DNA of 64,000 nucleotides from an uncultured Armatimonadia bacterium (GTDB lineage: Bacteria > Armatimonadota > Zipacnadia > CAVVLO01). The notes beneath the pieces are model-generated. The model saw nothing but the letters and a program-made list of their open reading frames with translations, was not told the origin of the DNA and did not search any database. Every line of letters begins with the position of its first letter. Position 1 is the first letter of the stretch. Below are positions 20,790 through 31,504 of this stretch, piece after piece. The stretch is taken from NCBI GenBank assembly GCA_963749155.1, contig CAVVLO010000001.1, forward strand, positions 544,001-608,000, written 5' to 3'. Made by a program: the position numbers and the translations under genes.

Positions 20790-22047
20790 ATGAGCAAGCT
20801 TAACGACTTTGACCCTGAGATCGCCCAGGCAATCGAGCTTGAACTCGGTCGGCAGCGGGGCAACCTGGAACTTATCGCCTCGGAGAACTTCGTTGACGAG
20901 GCAGTACTTGAAGCCCAGGGCTGCATAATGACCAACAAGTATGCTGAAGGGGTATCCCGGACGGCGCTATTATGGCGGGTGCCAGTTTGTCGATATCGCC
21001 GAGCAGTTGGCCATCGACCGCGCCAAGGAGCTTTTCGGGGCCGAGCATGCCAATGTGCAGCCTCATTCAGGCACACAAGCGAATATGGCCGTATACTTTA
21101 CGCTGCTGAAGCCTGGCGACACCATCCTGGGCATGAACCTGGCTCATGGCGGGCATCTCTCGCATGGCAGCCCGCTCAACTTTTCGGGATTCCTCTACAA
21201 CGTGGTGCCTTACGGCGTCAGCCCCGAGACTGAGACAATTGATTATGACCAGCTTGCGGCCCTGGCGGACGAACATAAACCGAAGCTGATTGTAGCTGGA
21301 GCAAGCGCTTATCCAAGAGTCATCGATTTTGAGAAGTTCCGTCAGGTGGCGGATTCGGTAGGGGCCGTGTTTATGGTGGATATGGCCCATATCGCCGGAT
21401 TGGTCGCAGCGGGAGAACACCCCTCACCTGTGCCGCATGCGCAGTTCGTGACCACGACGACCCATAAAACCTTGCGCGGGCCGCGCGGTGGTATGGTGCT
21501 CTGCACTGAAGAATATGGCGCGCAGCTCAACAAGATGGTATTGCCCGGGATGCAGGGCGGGCCGCTTATGCATATTATCGCGGCCAAGGCCGTGTGTCTG
21601 AAGCAGGCGATGACGTCGGAGTTCAAGACTTACCAGAAGCAGATCAAGCTGAATGCGGCGGCACTGGCTTCGGCGTTGCAGGCTCTTGGATACAGACTGG
21701 TCAGCGGCGGGACGGACAACCACCTTATGCTCGTGGACCTGACGGCCAAGGGCATCACCGGCAAGCAGGCGGAACTGGCCCTCGATGAGGTACGCATTAC
21801 CGTAAACAAGAATATGATCCCCTTCGACCAGCAGAAGCCTCTGGTAACCTCGGGTGTCCGTATCGGTACGCCGGCGCTTACCACGAGAGGGATGAAGGAA
21901 ACCGAAATGGCCGAGGTGGCCGAGTGTATCGATATGGCGCTGTCGAATCTCGAGAGCGAGGCGGTTGCCAATCAGGTCAGAGCCAAGGTCGGGGCCTTGT
22001 GTGACAGGTTCCCCCTTTATCAAGACATGAGCTACACAGCGGACTGA
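20790..22047 (+). CDS. glyA: Serine hydroxymethyltransferase; +1 frameshift in G-run near 20950
   Basis: [38 protein letters not shown]. Confidence 0.96.
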
Positions 22048-22049
22048 CA

Positions 22050-22580
22050 ATGGAACGAATCGGCTGGGACAGGTACTTTATGAAGATAGCCGAGGTCGTG
22101 GCGGAGCGTTCTACCTGCCTGCGACGGCAGGTTGGCGCGGTGCTGGTGAAGGACAAGCAGATCCTCGCTACAGGCTATAACGGAGTGCCAAAGGGCCTGC
22201 CACATTGCGAGGAAGTCGGTTGTCTGCGCGCCCAGCTCAAGGTGCCCTCAGGCCAGCGCCACGAACTGTGCAGAGGCCTGCATGCCGAGCAGAATGCGAT
22301 TATCCAGGCGGCGGTGCATGGCATCTCGATAGCCGGAGCTGTGGCGTATGTCACCATCACTCCATGTGTCGTATGCGCCAAGATGCTCATCAACGCCTCA
22401 GTAGGCACAATAGTGGTCTCGGAGTTTTATGCTGATAAACTGGCTTTAGCGATGCTGCAGCAGGCCGGAGTGGCGTTGTTCCGGCTGGACGAGCAAGACC
22501 AGAGAATCGATGTGCTAAGCGGATTCCAGCCCGGAGAGCTGGAAAGGGAAGCAGTGGGAGAAGTTGAACGAACTGAGTAG
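22050..22580 (+). CDS. dCMP deaminase / ComEB family
   Basis: [28 protein letters not shown]. Confidence 0.92.
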   Translation: MERIGWDRYFMKIAEVVAERSTCLRRQVGAVLVKDKQILATGYNGVPKGLPHCEEVGCLRAQLKVPSGQRHELCRGLHAEQNAIIQAAVHGISIAGAVAYVTITPCVVCAKMLINASVGTIVVSEFYADKLALAMLQQAGVALFRLDEQDQRIDVLSGFQPGELEREAVGEVERTE

Positions 22581-23526
22581 TGAAGCGCTGGCTTTGCTTG
22601 CGGGCGCGCTGGCAGTCATGCTGGCCTGGCTATTAACTCCGCGAGTGCGAGAGTTTGCTATCCGTCATGGTGTGGTGGATATGCCTGGCGAGCGGCGGGT
22701 GCATACGGTGCCCATCCCGAGACTGGGTGGGGCAGCTATCGTGCTGGCGCTAGTGGCAACCGTAGCTATTTTGTATGCAGCTGGCGGGCTGCAACTCGAT
22801 GCGCGACTGGCTGGAATCCTGCTTGGGGCCTTAATAGTGGCAGCGGTAGGCGCCTTCGATGACGCTTTCCAGATGCGCGCACTGCACAAGTTGGTATTCC
22901 AGCTTGCAGCGGCCTCGGTCGCGGTCGCGCTGGGCGTAAAGATAGACTTCCTCAGCAACCCCTTTGGGCCAGATCCCATATATCTCGGCTGGCTTGCCTG
23001 GCCTGCCAGTATTGCGTGGCTGGTGTTCATCACCAACACGGTCAATCTGATAGACGGGCTGGACGGGCTGGCGGCTGGAGTTTCGGCAATCGCAGGCACG
23101 ACGATGGCTTTCATCGCTCTGGCCTGGGGACAGCCGGCTGTGGCTATCCTCTGCGCGGGGCTCGCAGGCTCCTGCGTTGGTTTCCTGAGATATAACTTCA
23201 ATCCGGCGCGCATCTTTATGGGCGATTCGGGGGCGTATTTCCTGGGCTTTGTGCTGGCTGGCGCAGCGGTTATCGGTCCCTTCAAGACCGCGGCTTTTGT
23301 GTCTATCCTGGTGCCAATGCTGGCGCTCGGGGTGCCAATCGCAGACGTGCTGTTTGCGATAGTCAGGCGCGTCGTACAGCGCAGGCCTATCTTTGGGGCG
23401 GACAAGGGCCATATCCATCACAGGTTGCTCGAACGGGGGATGTCCCACCGCAACGCGGTGCTTGCTATCTATCTGATGACTTTTGCGCTTTCCTTGCTGG
23501 CGCTGCTGATAGCGCGACCCAGCTAG
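22564..23526 (+). CDS. Undecaprenyl-phosphate GlcNAc-1-phosphate transferase (WecA/TagO, glycosyltransferase family 4)
   Basis: [43 protein letters not shown]. Confidence 0.92.
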   Translation: MNELSSEALALLAGALAVMLAWLLTPRVREFAIRHGVVDMPGERRVHTVPIPRLGGAAIVLALVATVAILYAAGGLQLDARLAGILLGALIVAAVGAFDDAFQMRALHKLVFQLAAASVAVALGVKIDFLSNPFGPDPIYLGWLAWPASIAWLVFITNTVNLIDGLDGLAAGVSAIAGTTMAFIALAWGQPAVAILCAGLAGSCVGFLRYNFNPARIFMGDSGAYFLGFVLAGAAVIGPFKTAAFVSILVPMLALGVPIADVLFAIVRRVVQRRPIFGADKGHIHHRLLERGMSHRNAVLAIYLMTFALSLLALLIARPS

Positions 23527-23544
23527 GAGGGCGGGGCGGATTAG

Positions 23545-24708
23545 ATGAAAAAGATTCTCCTCTCGTTCGGAACCCGGCCTGAAGCCATCAAGCTCGCGCC
23601 AGTTATCAAAGCCTTGCAGGATTCGGGCGACCTCCAACCTGTTGTGGCGGTAACAGCGCAACATCGCCAGATGCTCGATCAGGCGCTCGAAGCCTTCGGT
23701 ATCGTGCCAGACTTCGACCTGGACGTGATGGTGCAGGGGCAGAGCCTCGAATACCTGACAAGCAAGGTCCTTGAGACTTTTGCGCCTGTTGTAGAACAGG
23801 TGAAGCCCGATGCGGTAGTGGTGCAGGGCGACACGACCAGCAGCTTCGTATGCGCGCTGGGGGCTTTCTACAAACAAATCCCTGTGGGCCATGTTGAGGC
23901 TGGGCTGCGCACTGACACGCTTTACAATCCCTTCCCCGAAGAAGCGAACCGGCGGCTTACGACCAGACTCGCGAATCTGCATTTTGCCCCTACAGCCTGG
24001 GCAAAGGCGAATCTGCTGGCGGAGAAAGTCGAGGCGTCCAGTATTTTTGTGACTGGGAATACAGTCGTTGACGCCCTCAGAACCATCGCCGCACAAGACC
24101 TGGAGCCTTCCGAGCCCCAAGTTAAGCAGGCAATTGCTGAATCAGAGGGCAAACGGATGCTGCTTGTCACGCTGCACAGGCGCGAGAACCTGGGCGAGCC
24201 GATGCGAGAGATCTGCGAGGCCGTGAAAACACTGCTCTTGCGTTTCCCCGATGTGCAACTGGTCTTCCCAATGCATCTCAACCCGAAAGTGCGCGAGGTA
24301 GTGACCTCGGTACTCGCAGGACTATCGAACGCGACCTTGATTGAGCCTCCGGCCTATCTCGATTTCGTACAATTGCTCAAGCAAGCCCATCTGGTGCTGA
24401 CTGATTCAGGTGGGGTGCAGGAAGAGGGGCCAGGCTTTGGCAAAGCGGTGCTGGTGGCGCGCGAGACAACCGAGCGTCCCGAAGGCGTGGAGGCTGGCGT
24501 GGCGCGGCTGGTGGGCCATTCTGGGCAGGTTATCCTTGCGGCAGCAAGCGAGTTGCTCTCAGATGAAGTGGCCTATCAACAGATGGCCAGGACGGCCAGT
24601 CCCTATGGAGATGGGCAAGCAAGTCAGCGCATCGTAGAAATTTTGCGCTGGTATTTTGACCAGAACCTTCCCAGGCCAATAGATTTCGAGCCTGGCCTAG
24701 AGGCCTGA
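23545..24708 (+). CDS. wecB: UDP-N-acetylglucosamine 2-epimerase (non-hydrolysing)
   Basis: FGTRPEAIK, VQGDT, HVEAGLR, PFPEE.NR, TDSGGVQEE, PYGDG. Confidence 0.95.
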   Translation: MKKILLSFGTRPEAIKLAPVIKALQDSGDLQPVVAVTAQHRQMLDQALEAFGIVPDFDLDVMVQGQSLEYLTSKVLETFAPVVEQVKPDAVVVQGDTTSSFVCALGAFYKQIPVGHVEAGLRTDTLYNPFPEEANRRLTTRLANLHFAPTAWAKANLLAEKVEASSIFVTGNTVVDALRTIAAQDLEPSEPQVKQAIAESEGKRMLLVTLHRRENLGEPMREICEAVKTLLLRFPDVQLVFPMHLNPKVREVVTSVLAGLSNATLIEPPAYLDFVQLLKQAHLVLTDSGGVQEEGPGFGKAVLVARETTERPEGVEAGVARLVGHSGQVILAAASELLSDEVAYQQMARTASPYGDGQASQRIVEILRWYFDQNLPRPIDFEPGLEA

Positions 24709-24753
24709 CTTTTTTTAGGCTTTCAGATTAAGTGGTAGTCCGATCCCCGTACT

Positions 24754-25137
24754 CTAGCCGAACTCCTTGGCGCAAAGCTTCATAATGTCAGTTGCGCCTA
24801 CCAGCCCTTCGAGCCTGCGGCCTGGCGAGACAACTGGCACAGTGTGCTGGCCGGTTGTTGCAATGATGCGGATAACCTCGCCAAGTGAGGTGTGCTCTGT
24901 CACTACCTGGAAGTCTTTGTTCATAATCTCGTTGATTTTCTTGTAGCGACTGCCGGCTTTTACCAGGTCGATCTCGGTCACCAGACCAATCACGAGGCCT
25001 GTCTCATCACAGACTGGCAGCACTACAGTGTTGTGTTCGGCCATAAGGTGGACGGCATCTTTTACAAGGGCTTCTGGACGACACATAGCGGGATTCCTGC
25101 TTACAATCTCACTCACGGGGGTATCAAGACGGATCAT
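24754..25137 (-). CDS. Tandem CBS domain protein
   Basis: LPVCDE..VIGLVTEID and VPVV...LEGLV..TD repeats; GGAGG RBS. Confidence 0.85.
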   Translation of the reverse strand: MIRLDTPVSEIVSRNPAMCRPEALVKDAVHLMAEHNTVVLPVCDETGLVIGLVTEIDLVKAGSRYKKINEIMNKDFQVVTEHTSLGEVIRIIATTGQHTVPVVSPGRRLEGLVGATDIMKLCAKEFG

Positions 25138-25221
25138 CTGCTACCTCCTCCGCAACCTCGACTAGAGACTGATTATTATTATACCACCGAGTTTTGATTT
25201 CAAAGGTAACTCTTAAACAAG

Positions 25222-25250
25222 TTGACGCGGGCTGACGCCTCTCTTACAAT
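25222..25250 (+). promoter_or_regulatory. Sigma70-type promoter
   Basis: TTGACG-17bp-TACAAT upstream of the aminotransferase. Confidence 0.72.
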
Positions 25251-25276
25251 CGAACAACGCTACCTGGGGGACGAGG

Positions 25277-26467
25277 ATGCGCTACGCAAGCAGGCTGAGC
25301 CGACTCGGGACCGAGACGGCCTTTGATGTACTCGATCAGGTAAAGGCACTGGAAGCACAGGGCGAGAGCATAGTCAGCTTCGCGCTGGGCGAGCCGGATT
25401 TCGACACCCCAACCAATATACGAGAAGCTGCCAAGCGCGCTCTCGATGAAGGTAAAACCCATTATTCTCCCTCTGCGGGACTGCCGGAGCTGCGCGAGCG
25501 ATTGGCCGTTTATATGGAACGAACCCGCGGGGTGCCTGTCAGTCCCGCAGAAATCGTTGTCACTCCAGGGGCTAAAAAGATAATCCTCGACACAATGCTG
25601 GCCTGCGTCAACGAGGGCGAGCGAGTCCTTTATCCAAGCCCCGGCTATCCCATTTACGAATCTATCGCCAGCTTTGTCGGCGCTGAAGCTTGCCCAGTGC
25701 CTATGGATCCGGATACCGGTTTTGGCTTCAACCTGGATGAACTGCGTCGCCTGATTACGCCGAATGCGCGATTACTAGTTTTGAACTCGCCCCAGAACCC
25801 CACTGGTGGAGTGCTTGCGCCAGGAGAGATCGAGGTCATCGCCAAGCTGGCGGTTGAACACGACCTTTGGCTGCTTTCAGATGAGGTTTATGGCCGACTT
25901 TGCTATGACGGAGAGGCGCTGAGTCCAGCGAGCATCCCCGGACTTAAAGAACGCGTCATCGTGCTGGATGGGGCGAGCAAGACTTATGCAATGACAGGCT
26001 GGCGGGTAGGCTGGGCGATGTGCAACCCCGAGCTTGCCCAGCAGCTGGCCAAACTGGTTACGAACGCAGATTCCTGCACCTCGACTTTCAGCCAATGGGC
26101 AACCCTTGAGGCCCTTGACGGGCCCCAGGAGGAAGCCGACTATATGCGGCAGGAGTTTCAGGCGCGGCGAGAGCTGATAGTTGCGGGATTGAACTCGATT
26201 GAAGGCATCCAGTGTCAAAGCCCAAAGGGCGCCTTTTACGTCTTCCCCGAGGTGACGGAAGCCTGCAGGGCGAAAGGTTTCCGCAGCTCGAGGGAGTTGC
26301 AGAATTATCTGTTATTCGAAGGCAAGGTGGCAGTGTTGCACCGAGAGTGCTTCGGTCGCAAACTGCCAGGCGAGAGTCGCGAGTTCATCAGACTTTCTTA
26401 CGCGACCAGCAGGCAGCAGATTGAAGCGGGACTCGAACGTATCGAGCGAGCCCTGCGCCGGCGCTAA
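25277..26467 (+). CDS. PLP-dependent class I/II (aspartate-type) aminotransferase
   Basis: GEPDFDTP, NSPQNPTG, SDEVY, SKTYAMTGWRVG, GAFY. Confidence 0.92.
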   Translation: MRYASRLSRLGTETAFDVLDQVKALEAQGESIVSFALGEPDFDTPTNIREAAKRALDEGKTHYSPSAGLPELRERLAVYMERTRGVPVSPAEIVVTPGAKKIILDTMLACVNEGERVLYPSPGYPIYESIASFVGAEACPVPMDPDTGFGFNLDELRRLITPNARLLVLNSPQNPTGGVLAPGEIEVIAKLAVEHDLWLLSDEVYGRLCYDGEALSPASIPGLKERVIVLDGASKTYAMTGWRVGWAMCNPELAQQLAKLVTNADSCTSTFSQWATLEALDGPQEEADYMRQEFQARRELIVAGLNSIEGIQCQSPKGAFYVFPEVTEACRAKGFRSSRELQNYLLFEGKVAVLHRECFGRKLPGESREFIRLSYATSRQQIEAGLERIERALRRR

Positions 26468-26490
26468 AGGCGCCAGGCCGGAGGAGCAAG

Positions 26491-28525
26491 ATGGCACTCG
26501 AAAAGAATATCCTGACCCTCGTTCACTTTATGGCCTACCGAGGCCCGCGTCATAATGACAGCGTGGCTCGGGGCGAGGCGCCGCGCGACTACCTGATGGA
26601 TTCGTTCAAGAAGGTACTCGCGGACGAATACTTCGGTGGGATTGAAGTTACGCATATCAAAGATAGCAAAACGCGCGCCGAGGCCGCCGAGTTGCTTGCC
26701 TCCTCAGGTAAACAGGTTATCTTTTCCGCCCAGCCTGTACAGCTTATAAATGAAGACAAGCTGGTTCACGAGGCTGATATCAGTTGCATCGACAATGTCG
26801 AACGCGCCAAGGCCGTGCAGCGGTTGATGGGGCTGGTGGATGAAGCCTATGAGATGGGCGCCCGTGCCTTTGGGGTTATCTCGGGCACCGATTATGGCAC
26901 CTCGGAGGGGCTGGGGAAGCGCGGCGAGGCCAAACGAGCCCTGGCGCGCAGCCTGAACGAGCTGGCGACTTTCATCAAAGAGCGGGGTGAGTCGCGCGGC
27001 CTTGAGCCAATGACTCTGGTGCTGGAGCTGTTCGACCGGTTGCCCTATCCAGGCTGCAAGAATCAACTTATCGGCCCTACCCCTGATGCGGTGGAAGTAG
27101 CCGAACTGGTCAGGCATCTCTACGGGCAAGAAAAATTCGGCCTACTCTATGACCTTTCCCATATGCCCCTGCTGAATGACCTGGGTTTCGAAGGCGAGAC
27201 GCCGGACGCGCTCCGGAGCCTGTCTCCCTTCCTTGCGCATATCCATATCGGCAACTGCGTGAAGGACAGAGAGGACGCCAACTTCGGCGATAGCCATGTC
27301 CGGGCTCGACTATCCTGGCGCGGCGAACGACCGGGACGCGCTGGCCTGGTTTGTGCAGGTGCTGGCGGAGATCGGCTATGAGGGCGCGATCGGGTTTGAG
27401 GTCTCTCCACGCGGTGAAGAGCTGGTAGAGAGCGTCCTCGATGTCGCGAAGGCCTGGTTCAATGAAGCGAAGGCGCGGATAGACGTCAACTATGCGCTGG
27501 GGCCTTTCGTGTACCACAATCGCACCTTTCTGCCGGACGAGCTATTCGGAAAATTGACCGAGCTGCGTGTCAGCAGGCCGGATGCGATAAACGAAGCGGC
27601 GGCGGCGCGCGTAAGACGCACCAGGCTGGCTGGAGAGGACGGCAAGCTGCTGGTGCTGGCTGCGGACCATCCCGCTCGGCGAGTCACAGGAGTAGGGCCT
27701 GAACCGTATGCGATGGCAGACAGGCAGGAATATCTCGGGCGGATCGCGCGTGTGATGACCAGCCCGTGGTGCGATGGGTTGATGGGCACGCCCGATGTCA
27801 TTGAAGAGGCGCTGCTGCTGGACCTGCTGGTGCGCGAGAAGACTGGCAAAGGTTTTCTGGATGGCAAAATACTGATCGGCAGTATGAACCGTTCGGGCCT
27901 GCTTGGCGCCGAATTCGAAATGAAAGATATGATTACGGCTTATGATGCCGAGTGGATAGAGCGGATGGGGCTGGATGGGGGCAAAGTACTTTTCCGCCTG
28001 GACCTCGAAAGCAGATACTCGATACGCACGATGATGATGCTGGCGCCGGAAATCAAGAAGCTGCAGTTGAAGGGGTTCCCAATTTTTATCGAGCCACTGC
28101 CGGTCAGGCGCACGAGTCATGGGTATGAGACCGTGATGGAGCCTGGCGAACTGGCCCGCATGGCAGGGGTGGCGGCGGCCCTGGGGGGCACGACAGCTAC
28201 CAGCTGGCTCAAGCTGCCTTATGTTGAAGACTTTGACTTGGTGGCCCAATCTACTACTTTGCCGATTCTGCTGCTTGGTGGAGCTGCTCTGGAAAATCCA
28301 CTCAAGACAGTTGAGAGCTTCGAGAAAGGACTTGGTATCGCAAGTAATATCCGGGGCGCAATGGTTGGGAGAAATGTGCTCTTCCCGGGGTATGATGACC
28401 CTCGAGCGGTCAGCAAAGCCATATGGGGACTCATCCACGAGGGGTGGGGCTCGGAGCGCGCAGTGCGCGAACTGGCAGCTGAGCGGGGCGTTGAACAGGA
28501 ATTTCTTTCAAGCATTTTATTGTGA
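26491..28525 (+). CDS. Fusion of xylose-isomerase-like TIM barrel and Cgl0159-like (beta/alpha)8 aldolase; +1 frameshift near 27300
   Basis: LELFD, DLSHMP, HIHIGN, GFEV metal motifs; then AADHPAR, GSMNR.GL.GA.FE, LDGGK, WLKLP, VGRNVLFP. Confidence 0.72.
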
Positions 28526-28561
28526 TATACGCAGGAGACCAGACTTAGTCACCGAACAGGA

Positions 28562-28590
28562 TTGCCGTAGGCAGTTATATCGGGTAAAAT
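28562..28590 (+). promoter_or_regulatory. Sigma70-type promoter upstream of the Met-rich protein gene
   Basis: TTGCCG-17bp-TAAAAT. Confidence 0.6.
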
Positions 28591-28623
28591 TAGGTGACTT
28601 CGCTGATAAGGGGGCGCCAGTAA

Positions 28624-30083
28624 ATGACCGCCAATAGTAGAGGCGCGCGCGGTGCGCGCTGCCGTAATGCTCTGGTGGGACTCGCACTTGTGCTGCTCGC
28701 AACCCTTGCTGGAGCGGCTTTCGCCGATAGCGTTGCCCTTTTCGGCGAAGGGCGGGGATCCGTGTGACCCCGGGCTCCTGGGGTAACGGGACCGCTCAAG
28801 AGAGCAAGACCACATTCAAGAACAAGCCCGCGCTCGAAATTGTGAGCACGTCTTTCTATGCGGGTGGCTACCTCAAGTTTTCTCCCTCGGTTGATCTGAC
28901 GGCTTATGCCGCGGATGCCAACAACTCGGCTATCGAGTTAATCCTGAGGCCCAAGCTGGCTCCAGCGGCAACTAGCGGCTTTGGCACGATGGGACCGATG
29001 CCCGGTGGCGCGATGATGCCTGGTGGCGCTGGGATGATGCCGGGTGGCGCGATGATGCCCGGTGGCGCAATGATGCCAGGTGGCGCGATGATGCCGGGTG
29101 GCGCTGGAATGATGCCCGGTGGCGCGATGATGCCCGGCGGCGCAATGATGCCCGGAGCGGCTGGAGGCAACACCGCTGCTGGCGCGATGATGCCAGGTGG
29201 CGCGATGATGGGTGGAATGCCTGGCATGATGCCCGGTGGCGCGATGATGGGTGGCGCACCTTCCATCTCAATGGGCATGATGCCTGGTATGATGCCTGGC
29301 GGAATGGCCGGTGGAGGCGCTCCTGGTATTTCAATGGGCGGAATGCCTGGTATGGGCGGTATGCCCGGTATGCCTGGCATGGGCGGCGCTGGTGGCACAA
29401 GTGCTGGGATGCCGAGTCTGCCTGGGATTACCACGCAGATAGTTAACCGCGGAATAAATATCCGCTCCTTCCGGGTAGTCCTCGTCTTCGAGACGGTCGT
29501 AATGGAAGCTACCGGCATCGATCTGGCTGAGGGGCTCATCAGGGCCGATGGCTGGATTAGCTACCAGATCCCGCTTGCCGAATTTGGCGCAACCAAGGCT
29601 ACTGGCCAGCTCAAACTGAAAGGTATCGTCCTGGCGACCGACAAGTCGGGCACGCTCGAACTTGGTCAGGTGCGCGCTATCCACGACACAGATCCGCTGG
29701 ATATCTACGCGGGCTGGGACATCACCACGAAGCAGGGTGAGGAAGTCACGCTCAAAGCCAGCACCACGGCAGATGCGGGACGCTTCCCGGTTGCCTGGGA
29801 TCTGGACAGCATCGATGGGCTTTCGGCTGATAAACCCGGCGCGGTTGTGAAATACGCTTTCACAATGCCTGGCACTTATCTGGTCACTGCAATGATTGAA
29901 GACCCAGGAGCTCAGAGGCTGCGCCAGACCGATCGGATAAAAGTGACTGTAAAGCCGGATCCGGAATGGGTCCAGCGGCAGATGCAGGCCCAGGGTTACG
30001 GTGGATACGGCATGATGGGCGGTATGATGATGCCGGGCATGATGCCAGGAATGATGCCGGGGGCGGGTACTCGCGACCGGTAA
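28624..30083 (+). CDS. Secreted Met/Gly/Pro-repeat protein with jelly-roll-like domain and PKD/Ig-like domain; one-base deletion near 28750 separates the signal peptide
   Basis: ATG 28624 (AAGGGGG RBS) gives MTANSRGARGARCRNALVGLALVLLATLAGAAFA-DS; adding one G in gaaggg joins ORF 28764..30083; WDLD...YAFTMPGTYLVT PKD motif. Confidence 0.75.
28988..29410. repeat. Degenerate 18-bp coding tandem repeat (atgatgccNggtggcgcN = MMPGGA) and related MGG/MPG units
   Basis: About nine exact MMPGGA units plus variants; third codon positions vary; shorter copy at 30012-30062. Confidence 0.93.
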
Positions 30084-30150
30084 GCTGCCAATCGTGAAGT
30101 CGCGGCGAAAGAGCAGTTCTCAATCGTCGCTCGCAGGACAATCAAAAAGG

Positions 30151-30187
30151 GGCCTTCCCACCGTGCCATATGTGGGAAGGCCTTTTT
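30151..30187 (+). terminator. Intrinsic terminator (possibly bidirectional or an attenuator) just before pyrC
   Basis: 11-bp perfect stem ggccttcccac/gtgggaaggcc, TTTTT after, AAAAA before. Confidence 0.82.
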
Positions 30188-30205
30188 ATGGACTGAAAAG
30201 AAGCT

Positions 30206-31504
30206 ATGGGCGAGTTGCTGCTGAGTCAGGTCAGATTGGTGGAGGCGGGTGGCCCCGCGACTGAGCCCCGCGCTGTAGGTATCCAGGCGGGGAAACTGGT
30301 CAGTTTGGACTCATCGGCCAGGTCAGCAGCGTCCGAGCGCACACTCGAGTGCAGGGGAGCCTGGCTTTTGGCAGGGCTTACGGACTTGCATGTGCATCTG
30401 CGCGATTTCGAACAGGCATATAAGGAGACCGTCCGCGGAGGTTTGCGGGCTGCGGCAATCGGCGGCTTTACTCGCGTGGCCGCAATGCCCAACACAGTGC
30501 CTCCTCTTGCTACTGACGAACTTGCACGGGAATACGTGGCCAAAAGAGATGTGTGCCAACCCTCGCCAGAACTGCTTTTGCTTGCGGCAGCTTCCGATGC
30601 TGAAGGTAAATTGGTCGATCCTGCAATATGGGCCGGCTCCCAGGTGGCGGGTATATCAGATGATGCGCGTCCAGTGGTCGGGCTAGAGGGCTTTGAAAGC
30701 TGGCTAGCGAAGGTAAGGCGGGCAGGATACAGGTTCTACTGCCACCTGGAAGATAAAAGTCTGAGCGGCCAGGGAGTGCTGGACAGTTCGACCTCGGAGC
30801 GATTTGGGGTGGCCGGATTTACGCGACTGGCCGAAACCACACAGGCAGGCGAGTTGCTTGCGGTTGCAGAACGCACTGGGGCGAAGGTGCATATCACTCA
30901 TGTCAGTTGCCGCGAGACGCTTGAGCTGATACGGCAGGCTCGCGGGCGCGGGGTGGATGTAACTTGCGAGGCCTGTCCGCATCATTTCACACTGAGCACT
31001 GAGGACATCGAACCGGACAGGGCGCAGCTCTACAAGATGGCTCCGCCACTGCGCACCCCGGATGATGTTGAAGCGCTGGTGGAGGGCCTTGCAGACGGGA
31101 CGATTGATGCGATAGCGACCGACCACGCGCCTCATACGGCTGAAGAAAAAGCGAAACCGCTGGCTGAGGCGCCTTTCGGTATCACTGGACTGGAAGTGGC
31201 GCTGAGTCTCACCTGGCGACTTGTAGAACAGAGGGACTCAGGTCCAGAAGACGTGGCCAGGTTGCTCTCGGCAGGGCCGGTGCGAGTGCTTGGTCTACCT
31301 GAGCCAAGGCTTGCGGTGGGCGAGCCGGGAGACTTGACGCTTTTCTCGCCAGATTTCGAGTGGACCTTCGATGCGGCCCAGGTGGGGGGTAAAGCTACCA
31401 ACAGCCCCTTCTTCGGGCGCAGCCTGAAGGGCAAGCCTATACTGACAATTGTGAAAGGCGAAATCGTGTACCAAGAGGAAAGGTTCTTCGATGGCAGGCA
31501 CTAA
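30206..31504 (+). CDS. pyrC: Dihydroorotase (class I)
   Basis: DLHVHLR, MPNT.P, HITHVS, PHH, KMAPPLR, IATDHAPH. Confidence 0.92.
   Translation: MGELLLSQVRLVEAGGPATEPRAVGIQAGKLVSLDSSARSAASERTLECRGAWLLAGLTDLHVHLRDFEQAYKETVRGGLRAAAIGGFTRVAAMPNTVPPLATDELAREYVAKRDVCQPSPELLLLAAASDAEGKLVDPAIWAGSQVAGISDDARPVVGLEGFESWLAKVRRAGYRFYCHLEDKSLSGQGVLDSSTSERFGVAGFTRLAETTQAGELLAVAERTGAKVHITHVSCRETLELIRQARGRGVDVTCEACPHHFTLSTEDIEPDRAQLYKMAPPLRTPDDVEALVEGLADGTIDAIATDHAPHTAEEKAKPLAEAPFGITGLEVALSLTWRLVEQRDSGPEDVARLLSAGPVRVLGLPEPRLAVGEPGDLTLFSPDFEWTFDAAQVGGKATNSPFFGRSLKGKPILTIVKGEIVYQEERFFDGRH

Noticed and set aside
28988..29410. Regular repeats resembling a CRISPR array or VNTR
   Set aside because: No unique spacers; units are in-frame codons with synonymous variation; no cas genes in the window.
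30084..30150. Known riboswitch or PyrR site upstream of pyrC
   Set aside because: I could not match PyrR, ykkC/PRPP, ZTP or c-di-GMP consensus by eye; kept only as an unassigned attenuator candidate.
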